DNA of 64,000 nucleotides, taken from positions 111,421 to 175,420 of the forward strand of contig JAAZYP010000001.1 in the NCBI GenBank assembly GCA_014239585.1. Direction: 5' to 3'. Below the pieces are notes generated by a model. The model had not been told where the DNA came from, ran no database searches, and saw nothing but the letters and a program-made list of their open reading frames with translations. The translations under genes were made by a program, and so were the position numbers. Position 1 is the stretch's first letter. Each line of letters starts with the position of its first letter. Below are positions 9,553 through 19,661 of this stretch, piece by piece. This DNA comes from Nanobdellota archaeon. Lineage in GTDB: Archaea > Nanobdellota > Nanobdellia > UBA10117 > ARS21.

Positions 9553-11213
9553 TGCCAACCATAGATATACACAAACAAGATTTGGAAGAATTAACTGGGC
9601 GAAAATTTACAGTTTCAGAGTTAGCAGAAGTTGCACAATACTTCAAAGGCGAAGTTGAATCAGCTGATGGACATAATATAAAATTAGAAATAAAATCAAC
9701 AGATCGTCCAGACTTGTGGAATGTTGAAGGTATTGCAAGAGTTTTGAGGGCACATTATTCTAAAAATCAAGGAGTTCCAAAATATAAAGCAAAATCGCCA
9801 AAAACAACAATTAATGTTTCTAAAAAAGTTAAAGGAATAAGACCACACATTGCCGCAGCAATAGTTCGAAATATAAAAATTGATGATTTTAGTTTAAGAC
9901 AATTAATCCAAACTCAAGAAAAAATTGCTGGAACATTTGGAAGAAAACGAAGAGAAGTTGCAATAGGAATTTTTAATTTAGACAAATTAACAGCTCCGTT
10001 ATTATACACTGCAGAAAAACCCGACAAAATTAAATTTGAACCACTTGATTTAGGGAAAGAAATGACAATGGCAGAAGTTTTAGAAATTCATCCAAAAGGG
10101 AAAGAATTTGGACATTTAGTTAAACCATTTGCACATTATCCAATTATTATCGATGCAGACAATAAAGTGGTATCTATGCCCCCGATAATAAATTCAGAAC
10201 ATTCCGGAAAAGTTACAACGCGCAGTAAAAATTTACTGATTGAAGTAACTGGATTGGAAATGAGATATGTGGAAACTGCATTAAATATTTTAGCAATGTC
10301 TCTTGCAGATCGAGGCGGAACAATTGAACAAGTAAATATTTCTGATGCAAATGGAACTACAATAGTTACACCGACTTTCGGAGTAAAAGATATGTCGGTT
10401 CCTAAATCTCTAATAAATAGAACATTTGGAAGACATGTTTCAGATTCAGAGATTAAATCGTTATTATTGAAAAGTAGATATGATATTAATCATATTGACA
10501 AAACCAAATCGGGACATGCACACATCGAATATCCGTCTTATCGGCAAGATATAATGCATCCAATAGATGTCGTCGAAGATATGTTAATTTCATACGGATA
10601 TAATAATATTGAACCAATTTATCCAATAATGTCAACACAAGGTAAATTAAGCAAAGAAACAAATAGAAATAAAAGGATTAGAGAGTTAATGGTTGGAACG
10701 GGCGCACAGGAAATTACAACATTTATTTTAACAAATAAAACTAATCTATTTCAAAAAATGAATTTAACTGAAGATAATATTGTTGAACTAACAAATCCAG
10801 TATCCTCCAATTGGTCAACGCTTAGAAATTGGTTAGCACCGTCTTTGGTTGAATTTCTTTCTAAAAATACAAAAGTAGATTATCCGCAAAGAATTTTCGA
10901 ATTAGGTCAAGTTGTAAATTTGAATAAACGTTCAGAAACAGGAACAATTGATGAATACAAATTAGCGTACGCTGAAGCCGGATCTAAAGTAAATTTTACT
11001 CGCGCAAAATCAATATTACAATCAATTATTCGAGCTACAGGAAAATCTCCAACGTTTATTACCCAAGACTACCCAAGTTTTATTCCGGGACGTAGTGCAG
11101 AAGTTAAACTAGGTGAAAAATCAATTGGAATAATTGGAGAACTTCATCCTAAAGTATTAACTAATTGGAAAATTGAAGTGCCCGTTGTTTGTTGGGAAAT
11201 CAAATCTATTTAG
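9552..11213 (+). CDS. pheT: Phenylalanine--tRNA ligase beta subunit
   Basis: DRPDL, SMPPIINS, DVVED, GELHP; TAATG coupling with pheS places the start at 9552. Confidence 0.93.
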   Translation: MPTIDIHKQDLEELTGRKFTVSELAEVAQYFKGEVESADGHNIKLEIKSTDRPDLWNVEGIARVLRAHYSKNQGVPKYKAKSPKTTINVSKKVKGIRPHIAAAIVRNIKIDDFSLRQLIQTQEKIAGTFGRKRREVAIGIFNLDKLTAPLLYTAEKPDKIKFEPLDLGKEMTMAEVLEIHPKGKEFGHLVKPFAHYPIIIDADNKVVSMPPIINSEHSGKVTTRSKNLLIEVTGLEMRYVETALNILAMSLADRGGTIEQVNISDANGTTIVTPTFGVKDMSVPKSLINRTFGRHVSDSEIKSLLLKSRYDINHIDKTKSGHAHIEYPSYRQDIMHPIDVVEDMLISYGYNNIEPIYPIMSTQGKLSKETNRNKRIRELMVGTGAQEITTFILTNKTNLFQKMNLTEDNIVELTNPVSSNWSTLRNWLAPSLVEFLSKNTKVDYPQRIFELGQVVNLNKRSETGTIDEYKLAYAEAGSKVNFTRAKSILQSIIRATGKSPTFITQDYPSFIPGRSAEVKLGEKSIGIIGELHPKVLTNWKIEVPVVCWEIKSI

Positions 11214-11215
11214 TT

Positions 11216-11821
11216 ATGTCATTAATTATCGGAATAGGTGGAGGATCGGGATCAGGAAAAACAACGCTTGCAAATGAATTTGAATCAGAAATAACAATTC
11301 TTCATCAAGACGATTTCTTCAAAAATGGTGAAAAATTTCCGCAATATAACGGATTCAAAAATATGGAACATCCTTCATGTTTAAATTTAGATTTATTTTA
11401 TGAATCACTAGATAATCTAAAGAATGGAAATCTGATCGAGATACCAATTTTTGATTTAGAGAAGAGTGTTCAAATTGGATCAAAAATTATTGAACCAACC
11501 TCTGCAATTATTGTGGAAGGTTTTAACTTATATTTAACGCCAAAACTCAGATCGTTATATGATGTTAGTTTTTTTCTAAGAACAAATTTTGAAACTCAAT
11601 ATGAACGAAGAAAATTACGCGATTTTAAATTAGATCGTAAATATTTTGATAATGTAATGGTTCCGATGTATAGGTTAAATATTTCCCCAACAATTGGATT
11701 TTGCGATTATATTTTGGATGGAGAAAAAGATAAAGAAAATATCAAAAAAGAATTTACTCAATACTTGGAGTCATATTTAACCAATAATGATCTTGAAAAT
11801 CTAATGGAATTATTTAATTGA
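11216..11821 (+). CDS. udk: Uridine kinase family P-loop kinase
   Basis: IIGIGGGSGSGKTT, QDDFFK, IIVEG. Confidence 0.75.
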   Translation: MSLIIGIGGGSGSGKTTLANEFESEITILHQDDFFKNGEKFPQYNGFKNMEHPSCLNLDLFYESLDNLKNGNLIEIPIFDLEKSVQIGSKIIEPTSAIIVEGFNLYLTPKLRSLYDVSFFLRTNFETQYERRKLRDFKLDRKYFDNVMVPMYRLNISPTIGFCDYILDGEKDKENIKKEFTQYLESYLTNNDLENLMELFN

Positions 11822-13360
11822 ATTTAATAATTTTTTAACTTTAGTTCCACCTATCGCTAAAATAAAAGGTGCCAATCTAGGACCTGCATTTTTACTAATT
11901 AAAATTTGATAAATTACTGGAAAGAAAGTTTTAGCATTCAAATTATTGGCTGCCATAATGTTCGGAAATTTAGAATATAATTGTTCTTCACTTAAATCAT
12001 TAGATAATATTTTAACTAAATCTTTAATTCCAGATCGCTGATTAATTGTCAATTTTAGTTTTGGAGCTTGTTTATTTAGTGTAAATTTATATCTATCCGT
12101 CGCAAATTTATTAATCCAGTTCTTCGCACATTCTAAAACATCGGAATACCGGTCTTGATCTTGTTTAGTTTTAACACCGGTTGAAGAGAGTGCTTTTGAA
12201 ACAACTCCATAAATATTGATCAGTTCAACACAATGTTTGAAAGATGGCTGAATTGGCATTTTTTTAGGAACTTTATCTATTACGGACATTCGATAAACTC
12301 TTTCTTGCTGAGTTTGTTCCTTTTTACTAACATTTTCGTTTCCAAATGCAACTCTCTCAGTATAATAAAAATCATCATAGTGTTTGAAAATTCCTTCATC
12401 CATTGGATAAAATATTTCAGTTTTTGAAGTTCGTCCTGCAAACGTATATCTTGCAAGTTCAGGAATATAAAATTTCAAAACATCCTTTAGTGATTGTACA
12501 TTCCCCGCAGATGAAGACATTTTTCCAGTTCCACCTTTCATATTTATGAAATCATACATAACATAATCGGGCGCGACCCAATCAAATAACTCTACAATTT
12601 CTTTACCAACTGTAAATGAACTTCCCGGTGTTGAATGATCTTTACCTCCGGGTTCAAAATCAACTTTCTCATATGCCCATCGCATCGGCCAATCTGCTTT
12701 CCAAAATAGTTTTACTAAACCTTTTTTTCTAAAATCAAAAGTGTTCTTTTTTCCACATTTACAAGAATATGATATTGAAAATTTGTGGTCATAATCCAAA
12801 ATTTTAGTATTATCGCTTAAACATTTTTCACAATAAACATATCCAGGATACCAATTTTTAGATAAAGGTTCTTTGCGATATTTATCTAAAATTTTACGGA
12901 TAATATCTCGATTCCGAAATGCAGTTTTTATTCCGTTAGAATAAACGCACTTAGGATATTTTTTACCTTGATTGATGAACTCGGGATAAATACCGACTAA
13001 TTTGACGCTGTCCTCTAATTCTGCTTCTAAATATTCAGCATAAGATTTATGTTTAGTTTCAAAAACATTTGGAACTTGGATTACCGGAATACCTAAATTT
13101 TTTTTCAAAATATTTTGTTTAGGCATATTTTTGGGAATTTTTCTAAATCGATCAAAATCATCCCACGAATAAATAAATCTAACTTTTGCTCCGGCATCTT
13201 TCAATGCTCTACCGACCAGATCAGTAGTAATAATTTCTCTAAAATTACCGAAATGAATTGTTCCGGAGGGAGTTATTCCTGATGCAATTGTAAATTTATT
13301 TTTCTTTCTAGATTTAATTAATTTTTCGGCAATTTGATCAGCCCAATATTGAGACTTCAT
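11810..13360 (-). CDS. lysS: Lysine--tRNA ligase, class I
   Basis: SGITPSGTIHFGNFRE, WKADWPMRW, FEPGGKDH, KMSSS, GPRL. Confidence 0.95.
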   Translation of the reverse strand: MKSQYWADQIAEKLIKSRKKNKFTIASGITPSGTIHFGNFREIITTDLVGRALKDAGAKVRFIYSWDDFDRFRKIPKNMPKQNILKKNLGIPVIQVPNVFETKHKSYAEYLEAELEDSVKLVGIYPEFINQGKKYPKCVYSNGIKTAFRNRDIIRKILDKYRKEPLSKNWYPGYVYCEKCLSDNTKILDYDHKFSISYSCKCGKKNTFDFRKKGLVKLFWKADWPMRWAYEKVDFEPGGKDHSTPGSSFTVGKEIVELFDWVAPDYVMYDFINMKGGTGKMSSSAGNVQSLKDVLKFYIPELARYTFAGRTSKTEIFYPMDEGIFKHYDDFYYTERVAFGNENVSKKEQTQQERVYRMSVIDKVPKKMPIQPSFKHCVELINIYGVVSKALSSTGVKTKQDQDRYSDVLECAKNWINKFATDRYKFTLNKQAPKLKLTINQRSGIKDLVKILSNDLSEEQLYSKFPNIMAANNLNAKTFFPVIYQILISKNAGPRLAPFILAIGGTKVKKLLNSIK

Positions 13361-13391
13361 ATTTTAGTTCCTCATTCCAACTTCTTAAACT

Positions 13392-13628
13392 TTATCTCGA
13401 TATAACAATCGTCGAAGTTATAGTAACTCCTTTAATATTTCGAACAGTGTCGGAAATGAATCCATCTAATGCAGCAATTGAATCAACACCAACTTTTGCA
13501 ATTATATCCCATTCTCCAAATAATTCATAAACTGAATTAACTTCATCTAAATCGGCCAATCTACCGTATACGTTTCGTTCAAAACCAACTTCGGCTTGAA
13601 TTAATAGAAATGCTTCCACATCTGTCAT
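13392..13628 (-). CDS. Standalone Lrp/AsnC ligand-binding (RAM) domain
   Basis: VYELFGEWDIIAKV and IKGVTITST; no HTH. Confidence 0.85.
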   Translation of the reverse strand: MTDVEAFLLIQAEVGFERNVYGRLADLDEVNSVYELFGEWDIIAKVGVDSIAALDGFISDTVRNIKGVTITSTIVISR

Positions 13629-13735
13629 TTTAAATTCTCCAAAATTCCGACTACAATAAAATTACTTAATCTTGGGATAATCAATCCTAGTAGTCATAAA
13701 TAAATATTACAGATTTAATTTAAAAAATGATGGAT

Positions 13736-13951
13736 TTACTTCTCAAGTTTCATATGGATTATTGTTCCAATTCCGAATGCAATTGACATAAGAAAAAAAG
13801 AAGCAGTATCATTAAACAAATGCTCTTCAGAAAGACCCAGAATCGGATTACTTGTTAATGCAACAATTGATGCGCCCAAAAATGCAACGATTCCAAGCAT
13901 TGCTGCGATCAAAGATATCCAATGTAAAATTGGGGACCATTTTATTGTCAT
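13736..13951 (-). CDS. Small two-helix membrane protein
   Basis: Two hydrophobic segments, ATG start. Confidence 0.6.
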   Translation of the reverse strand: MTIKWSPILHWISLIAAMLGIVAFLGASIVALTSNPILGLSEEHLFNDTASFFLMSIAFGIGTIIHMKLEK

Positions 13952-13985
13952 ATAATTTTAATACGAAACTTAGATAAAAGGTTAA

Positions 13986-14060
13986 CGGGCCTGACAGGAT
14001 TTGAACCCGCGACACCGAGGTTAAAAGCCTCGTGCTCTAACCAGACTGAGCTACAAGCCC
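13986..14060 (-). tRNA. tRNA-Lys(TTT)
   Basis: Cloverleaf; anticodon arm CGAGG-CT-TTT-AA-CCTCG. Confidence 0.95.
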
Positions 14061-14105
14061 GCTAAGGAATATGGATAAAATTAGTTTATAAATTTGTCGA
14101 TGAAC

Positions 14106-14351
14106 TTAGGTTCGGTCTCGATTTCCGCGACCTTTAGCTGATTTTGGAGCCAATCTTTTCAGATTAATTCCTTTGAATGCTCCAAAAAATCTTTTATTTT
14201 GCCAAGAATATCTTCTGATTTTTTTAGTTGCACCAAATCCGCAAGTTGCACATTCTTTATGTTGTGCATGATAAGTGTGTCCGCCGCATCTTCTACAGAT
14301 AACGTGTGTTTTCTTACCACTTCTCTTTCCCTTAGATGGTGTTCCTTTCAT
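14106..14351 (-). CDS. rpl37e: 50S ribosomal protein L37e
   Basis: [21 protein letters not shown] zinc finger. Confidence 0.93.
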   Translation of the reverse strand: MKGTPSKGKRSGKKTHVICRRCGGHTYHAQHKECATCGFGATKKIRRYSWQNKRFFGAFKGINLKRLAPKSAKGRGNRDRT

Positions 14352-14385
14352 GTGTCTTCAAAAGCAATTTGATTTAAAAAAGTAA

Positions 14386-14601
14386 CTAATTAGTCATACT
14401 TAAATGAACAACCATATCTCCTCGAATAAAGAGTTGGCTATGTTTATTTTTTTCACCATTTGTTTCTTCTGCATCAGATAATACCAAATTAATGTGTATA
14501 TCAAAAGCATCCAATTTTCCCTTTACGACAGAATTGTTCTTAAGTGCAACAGTGATAATTTTACCCTTTGCTTTGCTTAATGCGTCTAATGGACGTTCCA
14601 T
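14386..14601 (-). CDS. Sm-like (Lsm) protein
   Basis: GKLDAFDIHINLVLSDAEE and IRGD; usual neighbour of rpl37e. Confidence 0.92.
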   Translation of the reverse strand: MERPLDALSKAKGKIITVALKNNSVVKGKLDAFDIHINLVLSDAEETNGEKNKHSQLFIRGDMVVHLSMTN

Positions 14602-14654
14602 TGTAAGATCGTATAAAAGGAAATTTATATAAATGCTTTTCTTTATTCGTGTTT

Positions 14655-15035
14655 ATGGCAAAATCCAAAGTAAGATCATTAAGAAAACCTTCTGGAGCAA
14701 GATACGGAAAAATGTATCGAAAGAAGAAGTTAATCGATCTAATGGGAATTCCGACATTTACACATGTTGCGGAAACTGTTCGAACTAAAATTAAAAGAGT
14801 TCGAGGCGGAAATAAAGTACATGCGTTAGTTAACGTGAGTCACGCAAATGTAACTGATGGAAAGAAAACATTTAAAGTAAAAATAAAGTCTGTTTTAGAA
14901 AATCCTGCAAGTCGACACTTTGTAAGACAAAATGTTGTAACTAAGGGAGCAATTATCGATACGGCAAAAGGTAAAGCAAGAGTAACTTCTAGACCTTCAA
15001 AACAAAATATCGTTAATGCGGTTTTGGTTAAATAA
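14655..15035 (+). CDS. rps8e: 30S ribosomal protein S8e
   Basis: RKPSG, RVRGGN, ENPAS, TKGAII, VTSRP. Confidence 0.93.
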   Translation: MAKSKVRSLRKPSGARYGKMYRKKKLIDLMGIPTFTHVAETVRTKIKRVRGGNKVHALVNVSHANVTDGKKTFKVKIKSVLENPASRHFVRQNVVTKGAIIDTAKGKARVTSRPSKQNIVNAVLVK

Positions 15036-15067
15036 AATCTTTTATAGAATATCCAAAATTTAGAGGT

Positions 15068-15619
15068 ATGACTTTGTCTGATGGTACAATTAAAGATTAT
15101 CTCGATTCTGGAAAAATATCAATTGATCCATTAGAGCTCAATCAAATACAGCCGGCATCAATCGATTTAACATTAGATAACAATTTTTTAGTTATCGATG
15201 ATTTTTTGAAAGAATCAATTTCAATGACTGATGAAATCAAATACCGTGAAATAAAATCTGACTCAATAGTTATACCGCCAAAATCATTCATTCTCGCGAC
15301 AACGAGGGAGTATGTTAAGATTCCAAACGACTTAGTTGCTTTTGTTGAAGGCAGAAGTTCAATTGGCCGAATGGGACTTTTCATACAAAATGCAGGATGG
15401 GTTGACCCAGGTTTTGAAGGTCAAATTACTCTTGAATTATTTAATGCCAATCAAGTTCCAATACGTGTTGATTCGGGCAGAAGAATTTGTCAGTTAGTTT
15501 TTTCAAAATTAGACAAACCTGTAGATAAACCTTATTCCGGTAAATATAAAGGTCAGACTGGAACAACTGGAAGTCGAGTTTATCTAGATGAAGAACTTCA
15601 ATCTGAAAAAGAAGCATAG
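15068..15619 (+). CDS. dcd: dCTP deaminase
   Basis: QPASIDL, EGRSSIGRMGL, AGWVDPGFEGQITLE. Confidence 0.93.
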   Translation: MTLSDGTIKDYLDSGKISIDPLELNQIQPASIDLTLDNNFLVIDDFLKESISMTDEIKYREIKSDSIVIPPKSFILATTREYVKIPNDLVAFVEGRSSIGRMGLFIQNAGWVDPGFEGQITLELFNANQVPIRVDSGRRICQLVFSKLDKPVDKPYSGKYKGQTGTTGSRVYLDEELQSEKEA

Positions 15620-15673
15620 ATGCTTTGATAGTCACTTCGTTATTCTTTTAAAGCCCGAAAATCCGAGCAAATT

Positions 15674-16897
15674 ATGACTAAAATACAGGATAAAATTATT
15701 GATGAGAATCATTTTCGTATTCGAATAGATGCAGATAAACATAGTTTTCCAACCCATAAAAAGGGCGGAAGCGATGCATTGAATGAAATCAAAAAACAAC
15801 TTGGAGCTGAATTTGGAATAGATAATGTTAGTGCTCATCCACACCATGATAAATCTCATTTTAAAATTAAAGTTAGACGAGAAGATATACCTATCATTAA
15901 ACAAATTATTTCTAACACAAACGGATTAGAACTTACTAATCGAACATTTCAATTTCAGGGCGAGTCAATAAAATCAGAATCAGTGATAAAAGTATTATTG
16001 GGACTGGGAGACAAAGTTGAGGCATTAACTGAAAGAAATGATGATTTAATTTATCAACGAGATAAAGTTTTCGAAGACTATGCAAACAATGAGTCAAAAC
16101 TAATTGATTTAGGAGCAGATTATACGCGTGTTGAACAACAAAGAGATGAAGCTCGAGCTGCAGCAAATAATCCTCCGCGAAGACAAATAATTATTGAACC
16201 CAAGAATAAAGATGAAATCCCAAGATTACGGCGCGAAGTTTCTAGTTTAGAAGAAACCATAAAAAATACTAAAAAATTAGATAAAAATTTTATTAAATAT
16301 TTTGAATATGATGAAAAATATGATAATGCAGCAAATGAAGCCACTGCGTTATATAAACGAGCAGGAATTGAAATTCAAATTCGAGATGTTAAATATTTAT
16401 CTTCTACCGAAATACTTAATCAAAATACTAATTTTGGAAGTAGACGTAACTTGGCTAAATCCAAGAATAGTTTAGAAAATAAAATTAGAGATATAGGAAA
16501 TTTTAACCGAGACGAACAAGAAACTGAAATGGGAGATGCCGGAAGAATAAACGAATACGGTGAAGAAATAATTAGTTCTTATACGTTGGGTGAATTAATC
16601 ACTGCGGAAGAAATTCCAGATTTATTTACGCTTGGCACTGACGAATATTTGCCAACTAAAGAGAGAACAGCACAATTGAAATCTGTGTTTGGAAGAAAAG
16701 CAAAGGAAATAAACAAACGATTAACGAGACATTTTACCGCATTAAGGAAACTTAATGAAAAGGATGAACATTTTGACGACATAAAAGAACAAATCCAATA
16801 TCTGGATCGAGTTCAAAAAGCTGTACGAGTGCACGAAAACATGATTAAATATCGTTCTGAACGAGACAGATTTAAATCTCGAATTGAAAATGGATGA
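15674..16897 (+). CDS. Hypothetical coiled-coil protein
   Basis: 407-aa ORF with charged helical composition; no family recognised. Confidence 0.7.
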   Translation: MTKIQDKIIDENHFRIRIDADKHSFPTHKKGGSDALNEIKKQLGAEFGIDNVSAHPHHDKSHFKIKVRREDIPIIKQIISNTNGLELTNRTFQFQGESIKSESVIKVLLGLGDKVEALTERNDDLIYQRDKVFEDYANNESKLIDLGADYTRVEQQRDEARAAANNPPRRQIIIEPKNKDEIPRLRREVSSLEETIKNTKKLDKNFIKYFEYDEKYDNAANEATALYKRAGIEIQIRDVKYLSSTEILNQNTNFGSRRNLAKSKNSLENKIRDIGNFNRDEQETEMGDAGRINEYGEEIISSYTLGELITAEEIPDLFTLGTDEYLPTKERTAQLKSVFGRKAKEINKRLTRHFTALRKLNEKDEHFDDIKEQIQYLDRVQKAVRVHENMIKYRSERDRFKSRIENG

Positions 16898-17363
16898 GTT
16901 TAAAGAAAAAGCAATAGAATTGAGAAAACGATTAACAAGCAGATTAGAAACTTTCGAAAGTGATCTTAAATATTTTATTTCAGGAGAGGGAAGAGAAGAA
17001 GTAGATAATTTAATAGATTTAAGTTATCGCGCTATAATTAATCCTGCAGATTTACGAATAAGTTTAGTAGATGAAGTAATTTTCGATTTAGAACGAATAA
17101 CTTTACATCATTCCTCAAATCAAGATTTTGCAGGTGGAGAAGATATAGCGTATTCATTATGCACGGATGACGTTGGAAATCTATCTCGAGAATTAGATGT
17201 TTATTTACTATCTAATAATTGGACTGAATCATTAACATCAAATATTGACGAAGTATATAAATTTCTAAAAGCCCATAATTTTGATCCGTTAGATCTAAAA
17301 CCTGCAATTGAATCACGAATTTTGGAGATTTATTCAACGCAGTTAGGCGATTTTGAAGAGTAA
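16890..17363 (+). CDS. Hypothetical acidic protein
   Basis: Overlaps the upstream stop; acidic and helical. Confidence 0.65.
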   Translation: MDEFKEKAIELRKRLTSRLETFESDLKYFISGEGREEVDNLIDLSYRAIINPADLRISLVDEVIFDLERITLHHSSNQDFAGGEDIAYSLCTDDVGNLSRELDVYLLSNNWTESLTSNIDEVYKFLKAHNFDPLDLKPAIESRILEIYSTQLGDFEE

Positions 17364-17401
17364 TCAACAAGTTTTTAAACGAAACTCATATGTCAATATT
17401 T

Positions 17402-17662
17402 ATGGAAGCAATTATATCTGCATATCGAGGATCATATAAAACTCAAGTAAATAATCAAATGATTCTAATTCCGGAAGGCATAAACAGCAAAGAAGAGGCT
17501 GCAAAATTACACGGTAAAAAGGCAGTTTGGACAACTCCGTCAGGTAATAAAATTGAAGGTATAATCACAAAGCCGCACGGAAATAAAGGTGCAGTTCGAG
17601 TTAGATTCGATCAAGGCGGACTTCCAGGACAAGCTTTGGGAACAAAGATTTCTATTGAATAA
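17402..17662 (+). CDS. rpl35ae: 50S ribosomal protein L35Ae
   Basis: YRG, GKKAVW, HGNKGAVRVRF, GLPGQALG. Confidence 0.92.
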   Translation: MEAIISAYRGSYKTQVNNQMILIPEGINSKEEAAKLHGKKAVWTTPSGNKIEGIITKPHGNKGAVRVRFDQGGLPGQALGTKISIE

Positions 17663-17791
17663 TCTTCAATAAACCTTTTATTAATTCAGAGTATAGTTAG
17701 TTGTACATCTTAGAAGTTAGTACATAGTGTATTCACTCGTGAATAATAACATCACCGTTAACCTTTTAAATAAAAACGTAATTAATTAGTT

Positions 17792-18106
17792 ATGGCTAGA
17801 AAGACAGTAAAATTTGAAGACAAGTTAGCAGTTATTCGTGTTAAAAAGACCTATGCTGCACCGTTTTTGAAGTATAAATATGTTTATGTGTCTAGAGGCG
17901 ATATTAAGGATAGAAATAAGTTCAAATCTAAGATTGATAAGATTGCTGCAAGTTGGCCACCAAGCATATATTTACTGAAACATCCGTCAGGCAAGATTTT
18001 TGCAAGATTTAGAGTATCTGAAGGTAAAATGACTTTACTTTACAAAACATCACCTTCAACCGGAAATTTATATCCAGTTTGGGAATTTTTCAAAGATTTA
18101 GCTTAA
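17792..18106 (+). CDS. Hypothetical basic protein
   Basis: Lys-rich 104-aa ORF with TATA (TTTTAAA) about 20 nt upstream. Confidence 0.65.
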   Translation: MARKTVKFEDKLAVIRVKKTYAAPFLKYKYVYVSRGDIKDRNKFKSKIDKIAASWPPSIYLLKHPSGKIFARFRVSEGKMTLLYKTSPSTGNLYPVWEFFKDLA

Positions 18107-18135
18107 AGTTTTAAGGTTAGTCGATAATAGTTAAT

Positions 18136-19224
18136 ATGGATCTAGTCAGAGTTGTTGAAGGAACCACAAAATTTTATGTTCCTGATTCGGAAAAATATAA
18201 ACTTGATTCAAATATGCCCGTTTTTTTTAATTCAGTAATGAAATTAAATCGTGACATTGCTGTTGAAATTATTAAGAATTCCTTTAAAAAACCAAAAGTT
18301 TTGGATTTATTGGCAGGAACTGGGGCAAAGGGTCTAAGAATCGCAAATGAACTCCCGAATTCGGCAGTTGTATTAAATGATGGCAATCCTCATGCAGCTA
18401 AATTAATTAAAAAGAATGCTAAATTGAATAAATTAAGTGTTGAAGTGTTCAATATGTCGGCAAATAAATTGCTGAAAAGTAGTAGAAAAAAATATGATTT
18501 CATAGATATAGATCCGTTCGGAACCCCAATTTCATTTTTAGAAGACTCGATAAAAAAATTAAGAAAAAATGGAATTTTAGGTGTAACTGCGACAGATACG
18601 TCAGCATTAGTTGGTACTTATCCTAAGGCATGTATGCGAAAATATGGTGCCAATATTCGACGAACTAAATTTATGTTTGAAGCAGGAATTAGAATTTTAA
18701 TTAAGAAAGTTGTTGAAGAAGGAATCAAGCAAAAAATTGCGCTGGAGCCAATCTTCAGTCATAGTTCAAATCATTATTTACGTGTTTATTTGAAACGAGT
18801 TGATAAAACTTTACCAACAATCAAGAAAAAAGTTAGACCACTTTTTTATTGTCAAAATTGTGCAAATTTTAAGATAAGTGAAGTTTTTACTACAAGTAAA
18901 AAACGCTGCGCATGTGGAGGATATTTTGAACAATTAGGACCCATGTGGATAGGGAATTTGTGGGATAAGAATCTTGTAGAAAAAATTGAGGGGAATAAAA
19001 CAATTGATTTGATTAAAGAAGAATCAAAATTGAATGTTTTAGGATATTTTGATTATCATTCAATCGCAAAACTAATTGAGAATAAAAAAGATTTACCAAA
19101 AATGTCAAAATTAATTGAACTGATAAAAAAGAAAGGGTACTCTGTTTCTAAAACACATTTTTCTCCAACAGGAATTCGATCAGATATTCCTCCGCGAACC
19201 TTTTTAAAACTCCTTACAAAATAA
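18136..19224 (+). CDS. trm1: tRNA (guanine-26-N2)-dimethyltransferase Trm1
   Basis: VFFN, NRD, DIDPFGTP, VTATD, zinc ribbon, THFSPTGIRSD. Confidence 0.92.
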   Translation: MDLVRVVEGTTKFYVPDSEKYKLDSNMPVFFNSVMKLNRDIAVEIIKNSFKKPKVLDLLAGTGAKGLRIANELPNSAVVLNDGNPHAAKLIKKNAKLNKLSVEVFNMSANKLLKSSRKKYDFIDIDPFGTPISFLEDSIKKLRKNGILGVTATDTSALVGTYPKACMRKYGANIRRTKFMFEAGIRILIKKVVEEGIKQKIALEPIFSHSSNHYLRVYLKRVDKTLPTIKKKVRPLFYCQNCANFKISEVFTTSKKRCACGGYFEQLGPMWIGNLWDKNLVEKIEGNKTIDLIKEESKLNVLGYFDYHSIAKLIENKKDLPKMSKLIELIKKKGYSVSKTHFSPTGIRSDIPPRTFLKLLTK

Positions 19225-19256
19225 AAATTTAAATAGTTAGGAAGATTTCTGAGTGG

Positions 19257-19661
19257 ATGAGTTATAGATTAACCCCTGAAAATGGTACCAATCCTTTAAT
19301 TATTGAAGATAAATATATTGTGAGCTGTATTTTGAAATCTGATCCATCAAATGGAAAGGTAAGAAAAATTGAACAAATACATTCTACTGGTGCCGGACTA
19401 AATCTAGATTTCAAAGTTAAAATAAATAATCAAATTTACTCTGCAAATCTAACTACGAAAGGAAGAGAGAAAGTTATAATTTATACTGATCAGGCAGACT
19501 CAATTTTAGATTATGAATTATCTGCTGGAGAAGATATTTATGGAAATCCGGTAACTTTTGAAAATTTACGAACAGAAGTGATTGATAAAATTGCTCGCGC
19601 AGGTGAAACGGAGTTAATAACTCTAGAGAAAAAGATTTTTGGGCATCAAAATAGGTTATAA
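19257..19661 (+). CDS. Hypothetical protein
   Basis: 134-aa ATG ORF. Confidence 0.6.
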   Translation: MSYRLTPENGTNPLIIEDKYIVSCILKSDPSNGKVRKIEQIHSTGAGLNLDFKVKINNQIYSANLTTKGREKVIIYTDQADSILDYELSAGEDIYGNPVTFENLRTEVIDKIARAGETELITLEKKIFGHQNRL

